A stretch of DNA of 62,501 bases, filler included, from Chiloscyllium plagiosum (GCF_004010195.1; 3 parts of one record of this genome joined end to end with filler, not necessarily neighbours in it); one strand, 5' to 3'. Numbered from the whole stretch's first letter, positions 1 through 13,150 are shown. Notes: a model not told the origin generated them from the letters alone. Numbers and translations are program-made.

Positions 1-710
1 CTGGGCATTTCATTGTTGGACAGCAGCCTCCTCCATTCATGGTCTATTTCATAGTCCACTATTTTTATAACTAATGTGGCAGGACCGCAGAGATCTGAGC
101 CAGTGATTGTTGGATCACTGAGCTCTGTTCATCACTTGTCGCTAATGCTGTTTAGCATGCATATCGGCCTGATTTGTAGCTGAAGGCAATAAGAGCTTCT
201 CCAGTTTGTCACCTCTATCTCGGTCGAGCTAGTGCTGCTCCCGCTATGTCCTCCTGAACTCTTCGGTAAACTATGGTGGATCCTAGGTGTGATGGTCACT
301 ATAGAGTGGGAGCAATTTCAGGCCGTGAAGTTGCGGACTGCATGCGTTGTACAGAGAATGATTCTGCTTCTGCCGATGGCCCATTGCACCTCATGGACGC
401 TTCGTCATTAGTTGCGTTATCTGTCTAACGTCGGTCCCGTTCAGCATACGTGTTGCTACATAACATAATGGAGAGTCAACAGGATGTGACCTTGTCAATT
501 CTTCCCCACAAGGGCTGTGCAGGGGCTGCTCTTACCAATATATTAAATGGAGAGGTGTATTTACAGCAGACAGATTAATAACGATGTGGTCAATTATATA
601 TTTCCTTTTTAATGCTTCCCTCATAACCTGCCACAGAGCAGTCTCGTACCGACAGGATCCAGCATCAATGCTGAGCACATTTTTTACCATATACAGAGGA
701 ACTGCCCCAC
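1..710 (-). mobile_element. Old CR1/L2-group LINE fragment (endonuclease/linker region), heavily decayed
   Basis: Shares degenerate segments with 6300-6620 and 6770-7085 (compare 540-660 with 6820-6960); no intact ORF. Confidence 0.5.
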
Positions 711-855
711 CCTAAGCCTGCCTGTGTTCTGAAATTGGAGAGAACCTACCAGAGAAGTTAGTGATGTTGCGTGCGACATTGTCCATTCCGTAGGTTCCTG
801 CTTTATCGGCAATGTCTGAGTATCGCTTGATCAGCCTATGGGAAATATATTGCAG

Positions 856-1180
856 GATTAGATTAGATTACATACAAAGATTAGATTAGATTACATTACA
901 TTGCAATACAGTGTGGAAACAGACCCTTCGGCCAAAGCGCAACCCACCCATATCCCTACATTTACCCCTTACCTAACACTACGGGCAATTTAGCCTGGCC
1001 AATTCACCTGAGCTGCACATCTTTGGACTGTGGGAGGAAACCGGACCATCCGGAGGAAACCCACGCAGACACGGGGAGAACGTGAAAACTCCACACAGTC
1101 AGTCGCCTGAGGCGGGAATTGAACCCAGGTCTCTGGCGCTGTGAAGCAGCAGTGCTAACCACTGTGCCACCGTGCCGCCC
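856..1180 (-). mobile_element. HE1-type tRNA-derived V-SINE, young copy
   Basis: Minus-strand head GGGCGGCACGGTGGCACAGTGGTTAGCACTGCTG with B-box GGTTCAATTCCC, V-domain GTGTGGAGTTTTCACGTTCTCCCCGTGTCTGCGTGGGTTTCCTCCGG, CR1-like tail ending in (TCTAA)n. Confidence 0.9.
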
Positions 1181-1182
1181 AA

Positions 1183-1755
1183 NNNNNNNNNNNNNNNNNN
1201 NNNNNNNNNNNNNNNNNNNNNNNNNNNNNNNNNNNNNNNNNNNNNNNNNNNNNNNNNNNNNNNNNNNNNNNNNNNNNNNNNNNNNNNNNNNNNNNNNNNN
1301 NNNNNNNNNNNNNNNNNNNNNNNNNNNNNNNNNNNNNNNNNNNNNNNNNNNNNNNNNNNNNNNNNNNNNNNNNNNNNNNNNNNNNNNNNNNNNNNNNNNN
1401 NNNNNNNNNNNNNNNNNNNNNNNNNNNNNNNNNNNNNNNNNNNNNNNNNNNNNNNNNNNNNNNNNNNNNNNNNNNNNNNNNNNNNNNNNNNNNNNNNNNN
1501 NNNNNNNNNNNNNNNNNNNNNNNNNNNNNNNNNNNNNNNNNNNNNNNNNNNNNNNNNNNNNNNNNNNNNNNNNNNNNNNNNNNNNNNNNNNNNNNNNNNN
1601 NNNNNNNNNNNNNNNNNNNNNNNNNNNNNNNNNNNNNNNNNNNNNNNNNNNNNNNNNNNNNNNNNNNNNNNNNNNNNNNNNNNNNNNNNNNNNNNNNNNN
1701 NNNNNNNNNNNNNNNNNNNNNNNNNNNNNNNNNNNNNNNNNNNNNNNNNNNNNNN
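1183..1755. other. Assembly gap (N run)
   Basis: Run of N. Confidence 1.
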
Positions 1756-3660
1756 CGGGGGGAAGTGAGAAGGAAAGGGAATCGTGGTTAACAAAATAAA
1801 TTACTTCTCTTGTTAAGCAGAGGAAGGTGACTTATCTGATATTGAGACGAGATGGTTCAGATGAGGCAATGGAGTGTTACAGATTAGCTAGGAAGGATTG
1901 AAAAGAGAAACTCAGAAGAGCAAGGAGAGGAAATGAGCAGTCTTTAGCAGGTAGAATAAAGGAGAACTCTAAAGCTTTCTATAGGTACTTGGGGATCAAG
2001 AGGATGACTAGAGTAGGAATAGGGCCAGTCGAAGAGAGAAGTGAGAACTTAAGTGTAGACCTTGTGTTGATCAGAGAATTGCTAAACAAATATGCCTCGT
2101 TTGTTTTCGCTCAAGGAAAGGAGAATATCGTCGAGAGGAAGTCTGAGATACGGGCTATTTGACTTGAATGGGTTGAGGTTAGCAAAGACGAGGTATTAAC
2201 CATTCTAGAATGTGTGTAAGTAGATACGTACTTTGGGCCAGATGGATTCTCTGGGAAGCTAGGAAACAGATGGCTGAGCCTTTGGCCTTAATTTTTGAGT
2301 CAGTCATTTTCTACACGTTTAGTACCAGAGGACTGGAGGATGCAAAGATGGGCAGGCAGAGATGCCCCAGTAATTATAGACCAGAGGGCCTTATGTCTGC
2401 TGTAGGAAAAGTTTTGGAAAGGAGTGTAAGATATAAGATTTATGATCATCTAGCAAGCAGTAATTTGATCGGAAATAGTCATCATGGTTTCGTCAAGGGC
2501 ATGCCGTGTCTCATAAACATCATTGAGTTTTTTTAAAAGATGTCCAACCATGTGAATGAGGGTGGGGCAGTTGACGTGCGTGCATATTGACTTCAGTAAA
2601 CCTTTGATCAGGTTCCACATGGTAGGCTATTGGAAAAACGCAGAGACATGTGATTGAGGCTTTCTGTAAGAAGGTATCGAGTGGTGGTTGTTGGAAAATA
2701 ATCGGCCTGAAGTCTGATTACTACTGCTGTGCCACAATGACCTGTTTTGGGACCACTGCTTTCTGTCATTTTTATAATTAACTTTCACGCAGGCATAGGT
2801 GGATGGATAAGTATGTTTGCAGACGATACTAAGTCATTGGAGTGGTGGACAGTGTGGAAGAATGTTGCTGGTTGCAGCGGGACTTAGATAAATTGCAAAA
2901 GTGTGCTGCAAGATGTCAAATGGAGATCAATGCAGATAAATGTGACTGATTCATTTTAGGAAGAATAGCGGGAGGCACAATACTGAGTCAATGGAAAAAT
3001 ATTTGGCAGTGTGGATGTGCAGAGGTATCTTGGTGTCCAAGTACATAAGTCGTTGAAAATTTCCTCCCAGATTGGTAGTGCCGTTAAGAAGACATACACT
3101 GTGCTTGGTTTTATTCTTAGATGCATTGAGTTCTGGAGTCATGATGTAATGCAGCAACTGTTTAGTGCTTCGCTTGGAACATTGTGCACAATTCTGGTCG
3201 CCCCATTAAAGGAATGATGTGGAAGCATTGAAGGAGGTGCAGAGGAGATTTATCAGGATGTTCTGGAGCGAAGGTCTTATGATGAAAGGCTGAGTGACGT
3301 GAGTCTGTCCTCATTGGAGAGAAAAAGGCTAAGAGTGGATGCAGAAGAGACATACAAAATTATCAGAGGATTAGATAAGTTGGATAGTGAGAATATTTTT
3401 CCTAAGATGATCACGTCGGCTCGTACGAGGGGGCATAACTGCAAATTGAGGGATTATTTGCTTAAAAACTGGTAACAGCGTGGAATGCCCTGTCTGCCAA
3501 TGTAGGTCACTCATCCAGATGGCCATTTAAACAGTAATTGGATAAGCATATGGATGATGATCGGATTGTATAGTGGAATGGGCTTAGATTTGGTCACAGG
3601 TCGGCAAATCGTCGAGGGCAAAGGGCATGTTCTGCACTGTATTGTTCCATTTTCGATATG
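1756..3660 (+). mobile_element. CR1 (HER1-like) LINE ORF2 RT region plus 3' UTR, decayed
   Basis: Fragments NYRPEGLMSAVGKVLE, SHHGFVKGMPCLINIIEFF, FADDTK (2816-2833), RYLGVQVHKSLK; CR1 3' end near 3600-3660; many stops and frameshifts. Confidence 0.9.
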
Positions 3661-4449
3661 TTAACAGGGAAATGCATGGTTCATGGGCTCGCTGTTGGTC
3701 CAAACACAGTTCAATATTTGTAAAAATGGTTTACCAACAACCATGTCTTGCAAGTTTATCTCTTCTGGTATGCCACCTAAACTCTATAATTCTGCACCTT
3801 AGACCCTATCCTGAATGAAGGTGTTTTAATGGTGATGCAAACCTGCCAGCACATTGTGCCTGACATTGCAACCCTTTTAAATCATATCCAGTGTATGGCA
3901 ACTGCACGACGTCAGTATCTGAACAGAATGGTGCAGTGACATTGATGGCCAGCATAATCCCAGCACAACGTCCTTGTGTGTGACTTCAGCTGGAAGTTTC
4001 TCTGTCAATGCTTTCAACATTGTTCTAAACATAAATAGCAATGTCTCTTTACTGAAGATCCGACACCATTTGAAAATACCAACTTTTCGATTGTCCAATA
4101 AGCACAAAAACCACTGATTTATTCAGTTCACTTCTATTACAAGAATATGATGAAAACAGCGCACGAATCACAGTAAGCGGCGTTGAAATGATTAGTCTTA
4201 TTACCACATCCATGAGCAATTTTTTTAAAGTGTGAGGACTTTGAAAACATGCAATTATATTTCCTTGTACTAATAATGTGTGCTAATATTCACACTCAAT
4301 CATGTTCAGGGCACCAACACGACTGTGTGTCTAAACATTCGACAGTCAGATTTAAGTACATTTTCCATTGCTTCTGTCTATCTCAGTTCAGTAATGTGGA
4401 ATGTGAATGTCAGTGTCTGTGTGATGTTATGAATGTACCATGCCTGTGA

Positions 4450-6620
4450 AAGACTGAGAGATTGTTTGAAACAGCATACACCATCAGCTGTTCACAGCAA
4501 GCAAGGTACTGACTGGACCAAATCAGCCTGATCTTACAAGGCATAAAACTCAGAGTCAAGCATTGGACAAGTTTGGACAATAAGTTTCGTTGCAATTTAT
4601 AAAGTGATTGGGCCATTATTTGTTGCCTATTCGTTGTTGCTCTTGAGGAGGAGGTAGTGAGCTGAAACATTGAGCCACTGCGTGTCATGTGCTGTAGATA
4701 GACTTACAACAGCATTAGGGAGGGAACTTAAAACAGTGAAACTGAAGGAACAGCAATGTATTTTAAAATCAGGATGGTGCGTGGCTAGAATGGAACGTGA
4801 ACAAGTATCTGTTGCCATTGTCCTGCCTGATGGTCGTGGTTTCAGAGGTACTTTGTAAGGAGCCTTGGTAAATTTCTGCAGAGTACTGTGTACATGCCAA
4901 GCATTGCTGCTACTGAGTGTCAGGGGATGAGGGATGAAGCTGCACTCAGGCAGGTAAATGGGGGGGTAGGGGGGTGGGGGGAACTTCATCACACACACAT
5001 TCAATATGCGTCTTATAGATGTTGGACATGCTTTCGGAGAATCATGAGGTAAGTTATTTCTGCAGGATTACTAGCCCCTGAATATTCATTGAGCCAATGA
5101 ATATATATGGGTAGAAAAGTGTGGCGCTGGAAAAGCACAGCAGGTCAGGCAATGAACGAGACACAGGAGAGACACCGTTTTAGGCATAATCCATTCACAG
5201 GCATTTATATAGTCAGTCCAGTTCTGTTTAATGGCAATCCCAAGGATATTGGTTGTTCGAAGTTCAGTGATGTTGATAGCATTGAATGTTGCACGTTATG
5301 GTTCAATTCTCTATTGGTCGAGTTTATCATTGCATGGAATGTGTGTAATTTAAATGTTAGTTGTCATTATTAAGTCAGGCCTGAGTAATCGTGGATACTG
5401 TTGAACATGGTCCAATCATTGGCAAACACCCCCACTTGTGACTTTGGAAAATTTGAGCCTGCGACAGAGAACGCTCTTCTATCTCACTGCGTGAGGCACT
5501 TCCTCTGAGTTAAGAAGTTTGCTTCAACTTTCTCCGCTCCAGAATTATGGAACAACATACCTGAAAGGATGGCATTAAAATATCTCCCCGAAAGAACTCA
5601 CTGAGGACTCGGTCAGCATAATCAGATGAACAGCTAGTTTGCATATTAATGCCAACAGTGTAGGTTCAATTCCAGCACTGAATGATGTGACTGTAAAGGA
5701 ATGACTAACTCAACCTCTCCCTTACTTGAGACATGATAACTTGAGCTTAAACCACCACCAGTGGTCTCTGTCAAACGTGAGACCAACCCTATCATCCCGA
5801 AAGAGTATGGTGCCTTACCTTTCCATTTCTGATCGATAGGCTTATCCAGTAACAACTCTCCTGGGGAATTGCTGCATCGCTGTCCAAGAGCTAAGATGGC
5901 TCCGCTCCACCAACCCCAAGCATCTCCCTTTCCACCAGTTATAACTTTAACCAGTGCCGAGATTACCTTGATTCCCATTTACTCCAGTTTTGCTATTATT
6001 CCTGGATACTACACTTGTTCAAATTAAGTTATGATGATGTTAAGTGCAGTTACTCTCCTTTCACCTCTAGACTTCCGCTGAATATCAAACAAAATGTTGT
6101 TCATCTTCATACCAAGGTTTCCATGAGGTCACGGAATGATTGGCCCTGGCAGTGCCCAAACTGACGTACAATGAGCAGGTTGGTGGTGAGGAAGAGCCCT
6201 TGATACCACTATAGATGTCATCTTCCTTCACTTTTCTAATGATAGGGATTAGAGCAATGGACAGTCATTGATTGTCTGATATTTTGTCTGTGTGTACATA
6301 GGACACACTCGGATATTTTTCCGCATTGTCTTGTAGGTGTCAGTGCTGTAGCCCAGCAGGAACAGCCTGAATGGCATGTTATCAGGGCCAACAGCCTTTG
6401 CATTATCTCTTCATCAGTTGCACCTTAATCTATTTGGTGAGTAGGTGGTCCTGTTTAGTAATCTCACCTAATTTTGAAGTCGTCGTGTTGCTATTCTTGG
6501 CAGGTTCTCCTGTGTTCTCTATTGAACAAGGGCTTACTCCCCGGTTTGATTATCAGGGAAAATTGGAGCATTTGCCAGGCAGTGACAGTGAAAATTAGGC
6601 GGGAGTACAATTCTACAGCT
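4450..6620 (-). mobile_element. Old LINE fragments interrupted by a decayed pLTR-like mini-element (~5114-5200) and a tRNA-derived SINE (~5605-5822)
   Basis: Complementary to the LINE fragment at 52770-53540; GCTGGAAAAGCACAGCAGGTCAGGCA at ~5126 matches elements at 23522 and 35791; B-box-like GGTTCAATTCC at 5663. Confidence 0.45.
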
Positions 6621-6688
6621 GTTGGTAATGAGTTACCAGATCTATTCAAAATCAGACCTGTGTAGCACGGTGAAAATGTCTCTCTCTG

Positions 6689-6689
<1 letters not shown>

Positions 6690-6747
<58 letters not shown>
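6690..6747. repeat. (CA)n microsatellite
   Basis: About 28 perfect CA units. Confidence 0.98.
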
Positions 6748-6749
<2 letters not shown>

Positions 6750-6769
6750 TTGCAACATAAAAGTGAAAG

Positions 6770-7095
6770 TTTGTCTCCAGAAATTTTGTGTGTGGTATTC
6801 ACTGTTACCAGTACGGTCATCGATCAATGTGTCTGAAGCAGGTAGGTTGGTGAGGATGCTGTCAAGTATGTTTCACCCTCTTGGTCGTTCCCTCCCCACA
6901 CGGTGCAGGCGCAGTCTCGCAGCTTACCTCCTTTTGGACCCGACCTTCTCGATCAGCAATACTGCTTCTCAGCTCCTTTTGGTTGTGGTGTTGAAATGGT
7001 ATACAGTATACATCTCCAGCTTGGTCACTCTCTCAGTGCTTCCTCGAAGTGTAGCTCACTGTGGAGGGACACTGATCCATCAGCTGAGGGAGTGG
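6770..7095 (-). mobile_element. LINE APE-endonuclease coding fragment
   Basis: Minus strand reads TPSADGSVSLHSELHFEEALR, resembling the YRPP..GDFN region of CR1-group APE domains. Confidence 0.6.
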
Positions 7096-7887
7096 AGTCA
7101 ACGAGAGGTTTCCGTGTCAGTGTTTGACTTGAAACCGTGAGGCTGAGGGAGGGGTGTCAGAAATAGGTTTGCTTGTCAGTGTTAGATCTGACACCAGTTG
7201 GCTGAGGGAGGGAGTCAGTAGGAGATTTCCGTGTCAGTGTATGACATGACACCAGAAGGCTGAGGAAATGTATTCAGCAGGAGGTTTCCGTGTCAGTGCT
7301 TCATCTGACACCGTGAGGCTGAGGGGGTTTCTGTGTCAGTGTTTTATCTGACGCCATGAGCCTGAGGAAGGGGAGTCAGCATGATGTTTACGTGTCAGTT
7401 TTTGATCTGACACTGTGAGGCTGAGGGAGTGGATTCAGCAGAAGGTTACAAAGTCAGTGTTTGATCTGACACCGTGAGGGTGAGGGAGGGGAGTCAGCAT
7501 GATGTTTCCGTGTCAGTTTTTATCTGACACCTGAGTCTGAGGGAGAGGAGTCAGCTGGAGGTTTCTGTGTCAGTGTTTGATCTGGCACCCATGAGGCTGA
7601 GGAGGTTGGCGGGGGGAACGTTCGCAAGTGGATTATTTGTCAGTGTTTGATCTGACACGATGTGGCTGAAGGAGGGGAGTCAGTGGAAGGTTTCCCTGTC
7701 AGTGTTTGATCTGACATCATGTGACTGAAGGCGAAGAGTCAGCAGGATGTTTCTGTGTCAATGTTTGTTCTGATACCATGAGGCTGAGGAATGGGAGTCA
7801 GCAGGAGCTTTCGGTGTCAGTGTTTGATATGCAGCCATGAAGCTGAGGTAGGGGAGTCAGCAGGAAGTTTCTGTTTCATTGTTTGAC
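7083..7887. repeat. 59-bp minisatellite, about 14 diverged copies
   Basis: Unit approx GCTGAGGGAGGGGAGTCAGCAGGAGGTTTCCGTGTCAGTGTTTGATCTGACACCATGAG; AGCAGG recurs at 7741, 7800, 7859. Confidence 0.95.
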
Positions 7888-7894
7888 AAACAAT

Positions 7895-8290
7895 GGTAAT
7901 TAGAGTCATCGTCTCCTACAGCATGGAGACAGCCCCGTCAGCGCAAAGTTATGCATTCCGACCAAAATGTCCATCCATATGAACTCTGTTTCCCTGCCAT
8001 TACCTCGTATTCTTCAAATCCTTTCCTATCCATGTATTTGTCCAAATTCCTTTTCAATGTTGTTAATGTATACACCTCAATCACTTCCGTTGATAGTTCT
8101 TTACATGTGTATACCACTGTCTGTGTGAAAGAGTTGACCTTCAGGCTCTCTTTTATTCTTTCCCCTCAAACCTTAAACTGATGCCCTCCAGTCCTCGATT
8201 CTCCAACCCTTGGAAAAAGACTGAGAGTGTTCACCTTGCCAATGCCTGTTATGATCTTATACACTTGTATAAAAGTTTATATGCCTTAAT
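7895..8290 (-). mobile_element. CR1 3' fragment, old
   Basis: Complement of CR1 ORF2 C-terminus/3' UTR (TATCCATGTATTTGTCCAAAT, TTAAACTGATGCCCTCCAGTCCT). Confidence 0.7.
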
Positions 8291-8786
8291 TAAATCTCCC
8301 CAACTTAATGTGCAATCTGTTTATGACCCTGCACTGAACGTCAGGTTGATCACAATCCCCAACAGCAGCTAGAACATCTTCCTTCTGAAACCATTAGCCG
8401 TTGCCACCAACTTATAGAAAACCAGTGTGCATTCTCGGAGACGAAACATGCGTCCTTGAGACCTCACACAAAACATTTGGCTTCCATCCTCACTGCTGGA
8501 AAATTACGTTGACGTCCCATGCACGTACCAGAAGCAAGGGAGCCACGAGGAACAACATGGAGCAGTCTGTCTGTGCAGTCTTTGCTCCACTTGTTTGTCA
8601 TGTTAGTGCAAAAGTTGCCTCATTCTGTCTCTGAATATATGAGTTCGGGGGCTAAATGACCTCCTCCTGTTCAGGTGTCAGTAACTCAAGGGACTGAATG
8701 GTTTGTTCCTCGTGTGATTGGACAGAGATAAGGGCCTGATTGGATTAATGCCTGGTAACTGTTTAGCATCTCGATGTGCTGACTCG

Positions 8787-10460
8787 TGTGACAATGCCAT
8801 AACTTTAAGAATTTATTTTGTCCCGGTTTCTTTAAAGAGAGAGATTGAACGATAGTTACCAAGCTGGTTAGTTAACGCAATTTGAGTAAACATTTTGGCA
8901 GGCCTTGGGTTTGTTTTAATTACGCCTGAATGGGTGTGGCAGCTCACACAGATTGGTATACGTGGATTTTGGTTTCTCAGTAACATCAGAAGTTGTTGGG
9001 GTTTCAACATAGTTATAGCTTCGGTGAATGCCTCCTGGCTGCTACTCGGTCCAAATTTTCTCTTGATGCTTCGTTTTCCTTCGTGAATTGGAGAACAGTA
9101 TGTGGCGATCTGTGTCTGAATTTTCTCTTGATGCTGTGCTTTTATTCATGGATTGGAAACTTTATGTGACAATCTGTGTCAGAATTTGCTTTTTTTGACA
9201 AGAGGGTTATTTACAGGATGTTCCTATACTGGAACTGAAACTTAGTAATGGTTCATAGAACATAGAACATAGAAAAAAAAAATACAGCGCAGTACAGGCC
9301 CTTTGGCCCTCGATGTTGCGCCGATCCAAGCCCACCTTACCTGCACTAGCCCACGATCCTCCATATGCCTATCCAATGCCCGTTTAAATGCCCATAAAGA
9401 GGGAGAGTCCACCACTGCTACTGGCAGGGCATTCCATGAACTCACGACTCGCTGAGTAAAGAATCTATCCCTAACATCTGTCCTACACCTACTACCCCTT
9501 AATTTAAAGCTATGGCCCCTCGTAATAGCTGACTCCATATGTGGAAAAAGGTTCTCATGGTCAACTCTATCTAAACCCCTAATCATCTTATACACCTCTA
9601 TCAAGTCACCCTTAAACCTTCTTTTCTCCAATGAAAACAGCCCGAAGTCCCTCAGCCTTTCCTCATACGATCTTCCTACCATTCCAGACAACATCCTGGT
9701 AAACCTCCTCTGCACCCGTTCCAGTGCTTTCCTATTGTATGGCGACCAAAACTGCACACAATACTCCAGATGCGGCGGCACCAGAGTCTTATAAAACTGC
9801 AACATGACCTCAGGACTCCGGAACGCAATTCCTCTACCAATAAAAGCCAGTACGTCATTGGCCTTCTTCACCGCACTATTTACCTGGGTGGCTACTTTCA
9901 GAGATCTGTGTACATGGACACCAAGATCCCTCTGCTCATCCACACTACCAAGTATCCGACCATTAGCCCAGTACCCCATCTTTTTGTTACTCTTACCAAA
10001 ATGAATCACCTCACACTTACCTACATTGAACTCCATTTGCCACCTTTCTGCCCAGCTCTGCAACTTATCTATATCCCGCTGTAACCTGACACATCCTTCC
10101 TCACTGTCAACAACTCCACCGCCTTTCGTATCATCCGCAACTTGCTTACCCAACCTTCCAGCCCCTCCTCCAGATCATTTATAAAAATGACTAACAGCAA
10201 TGGTCCCAAACAGCAATGGTTCCTTCATCTCTTATTCTGTTAAGTTGTCCGATTGATTTAAGTTATTCCAAATTGCACTTTCTTTGTTTTTATTTTATCT
10301 ATAGTGTTTAAATAAATTGTGTTGTACTTCACACCGAGTAGTTTGACCATTCACATTGCATCTGGAACAGACACTTTACATTTCCTTTAAATAAGAAAGC
10401 ATCCGATTCGAGGCAACTGCCTTCAAGTGTTTTTGAGGGGTTTTGGTCTAGTCTATAACA
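8787..10460 (+). mobile_element. Probable solo LTR split by a CR1 insertion
   Basis: Begins TGTGACA and ends ATAACA; AATAAA at 10311; AT-rich and non-coding; no clear TSD. Confidence 0.4.
9255..10211 (-). mobile_element. Young 5'-truncated CR1 LINE (C-terminal ORF2 still open)
   Basis: ORF 9242-10153: ADDTK, LQRDIDKLQSWAERWQMEFNVGKC, PHLEYCVQFWSP, FFTQRVVSSWNALP; tail (TTCTATG)n; near-TSD AGTAATGGTTC 9244-9254 / AGCAATGGTTC 10212-10222. Confidence 0.95.
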
Positions 10461-11964
10461 CGAGACTCCTTCTCTTCCTGTGTAATAGGCTTGAGGGAAT
10501 GAACTGGCTACTTCTGTTCTTATCCAATTGTGTCAATGGTCTGATTGACTTTCTCATATTCCAGTGAAACCTGCGTGAGGTACCGAATGATCTCTTCATT
10601 TCACAGTGGCAATATTCAAAGTCTCGCAGTAGTGTTGCATGAATGTTACTGAAACTTTAACAGCACAAGCCTGATTGGTGTCCCGATCATGCTGCACATG
10701 GGCACAGACCAGTTCAGGAGCTGAGGGGGCCAAATTAATTTGAATATTGTAGAATCTTCAGTGACAATTTCTACTTCTTATTGTATAGTGGGAAAAGGGA
10801 TGGGAGACATTGATGAACTAGCTGAAGATGTTTGTGCTGACGAACTTACCATGCAGACCTCACACAGTTGTGACATATAACTGCGATGGTGGACATTCAG
10901 GAAACATAAACATCTTTCTCTGTGCTATCATTGAATCCAACAAGTCGGGAGTTTACTCTGATTCCTATTAAATCCAGTTTTATTGAGTACTTCGATGTCG
11001 GCCTCAATCAAGGACTGGCTTGGCATAAGGGTCCGTCAATCTCACCTGAGCCATTGTGTTCACATGTATAGGTCCTGGTATGGGAGCAGGAAGTGTTTAC
11101 TTCAAAGAGAGGGTATTGAATCTCTGGAATTCCCTTAGCAGAGTGTTAAGGGAGCTTGATGACTTAAAGAATTTGAAGGGGAATTAGTTGGATATTATCT
11201 GTCAGATTTGAGGGCGATGAAGAATTGGGTATGAATGATTTGAGACGCAGAACAGGTCAGCAACGACCTTAGTGAAGGGAAAGACAGGCTTGGAGTGTGA
11301 ACGACATACTCCTGTTTTTGATGTTCTCACATTCTGTTTTTAGAAAGTTTGTGGGTGATATTTTCCTGGAAGGTCTGTTATTGAATGTCACAATCAGGGA
11401 GACCAGACGATTTTGGGAGCCAACTCTGGGAGAGGTATGGGGGCTGTTATCTCAGCGAATCTCGGTCGACAACATGACCAACAAATGAAGCGCCATTTGC
11501 AGAGAGGGGAAGCTCTGTAAAGAGAGATGAATGGCCTCTTTCATACATGGCCTGGGTTTTCCATTTACATTTCCCAAATCAACGCAAACCATCTGTGACA
11601 GTCTTGAGGGACTGAATTTTCTCCTCTCTTTCTGTGCACCAGGTTATGTGGGTAATTGGCCTGTCTAACCTTTCCTGCCGAGCTGGTTTGAGGGGTTGAA
11701 TAGAACATAGTAACATGGGAACGAGGAACAGGACTGGGTCATTAATCAAAGCTAGCCTTCTCCATCAGGCCATAAGATCGTGGCTGATCAGGTTGTGGTC
11801 TCAGTCCCACTTTCCTGTCTGTATCTCATTATTCATAATTTATTTTCTGTCAAATATTTAACTCAGCTTTGAATCGATGTGAGCATTCAGACACGTCCAA
11901 CTTCTGGTTAAGAGAGTTCCCTCTCCAAATGTCCTTTAAGTATTTCTCTTAATCCCTCTTATAG

Positions 11965-13150
11965 AATCAGAATGTCATACTGCAAGACAATAGACCCATC
12001 AGTCGAATCTGTTCAGTCCGACCAGGTAATCAAAACTGATCTAGTCCCATTTGCCAGCATTTCGCCAATACCCATTCTCTTTCACGCACTTTTTAAATGT
12101 GCGACTGTAACTGCATTGACCGCTTCCTCTGACAGCACTTTCCGTATAAAGACCACTCTCTGCGTGAAACATTTGCTGCTAAGGTCCCTTCTAAATCATT
12201 CCACTCTTTCCTTCGAACGATGCCCCCTTGTTTTGGACTCTCATATTCTGGGAAACAGATCGTGGCTATTCAGAATATCCATGTCCGTTATGATCTTATA
12301 AACCTCTATACTGTCACTAAACAGCCTCTGACATTCTATGGCAAAACACCTCAATCCTCTCCCTAAAGCAAACCGAGTTCTATGAATCATTCTTAAAGTT
12401 GCCCCACCAACTTCCTGCACAGATGCAACATCCCATCCCAACTCTCATACTCAATTCTCTGACTGATTAAAGCAAATGTGCCAAATCTGTTCTGAAACAT
12501 ACTGTCGACATGCGACTCCACTTGCAAGGAACTATGCACCTGCAGCCCTCGGTCCCTTTGACGCCAAACAGACACCAGGACCTTACCATTAATATATAAT
12601 TCCTGCCCTGATTTGCCTTTCCAAAATGTAAAACGTCATACTTATCTAAATAAAACTTTATCTGTTACTCTTTGCCCCTTTGGCTTATCTAATCTTCATG
12701 CTCTGTCATAATTCACTACACCACTCTTATGAAGTCACCTCTAACCTTAGTAACTATTCCTCTGATATTCATATCAAAATTCTATATATAAGCGATGCAA
12801 TGCAGTGAATTCAGTACTAGTTTTGCAGCACACTGCTGGTCTCAATCCTCCAGTCTGAAAAATATCCCTCTTCCTTCAAGCCAGTTGCGAATACAATTGT
12901 CTAGCTTCCTCTGTATCCCATGTGACCTAACCTTAATAATCTGTCTACCAATCGGAATGTTATGAACACCTTGCTGAAGTCCATATAGACAATGTCTGCC
13001 AAACTGCCTTTATCAATCTTTCTTGTCAGCTCTTCAAAAAACTGAATCAAATTAATAAGACATGATTTCCCACTCGCTAAGCTTTGTTGACTATCCCTAT
13101 TCTGCCCTCGCTTTCCAAAACGTACATATATCCTACCCATCAGAATTCAC
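11965..13150 (-). mobile_element. CR1 LINE ORF2 fragment, decayed
   Basis: GKSCLINLIQFFEELT..DIVYMDFSKVF, DSIEVYKII. Confidence 0.85.

Noticed and set aside
1099..1799. Long ORFs in the ORF track
   Set aside because: They span an N gap; artefacts
7083..7887. CRISPR-like array of palindromic repeats
   Set aside because: No unique spacers (the whole 59-bp unit repeats), no cas genes, vertebrate context
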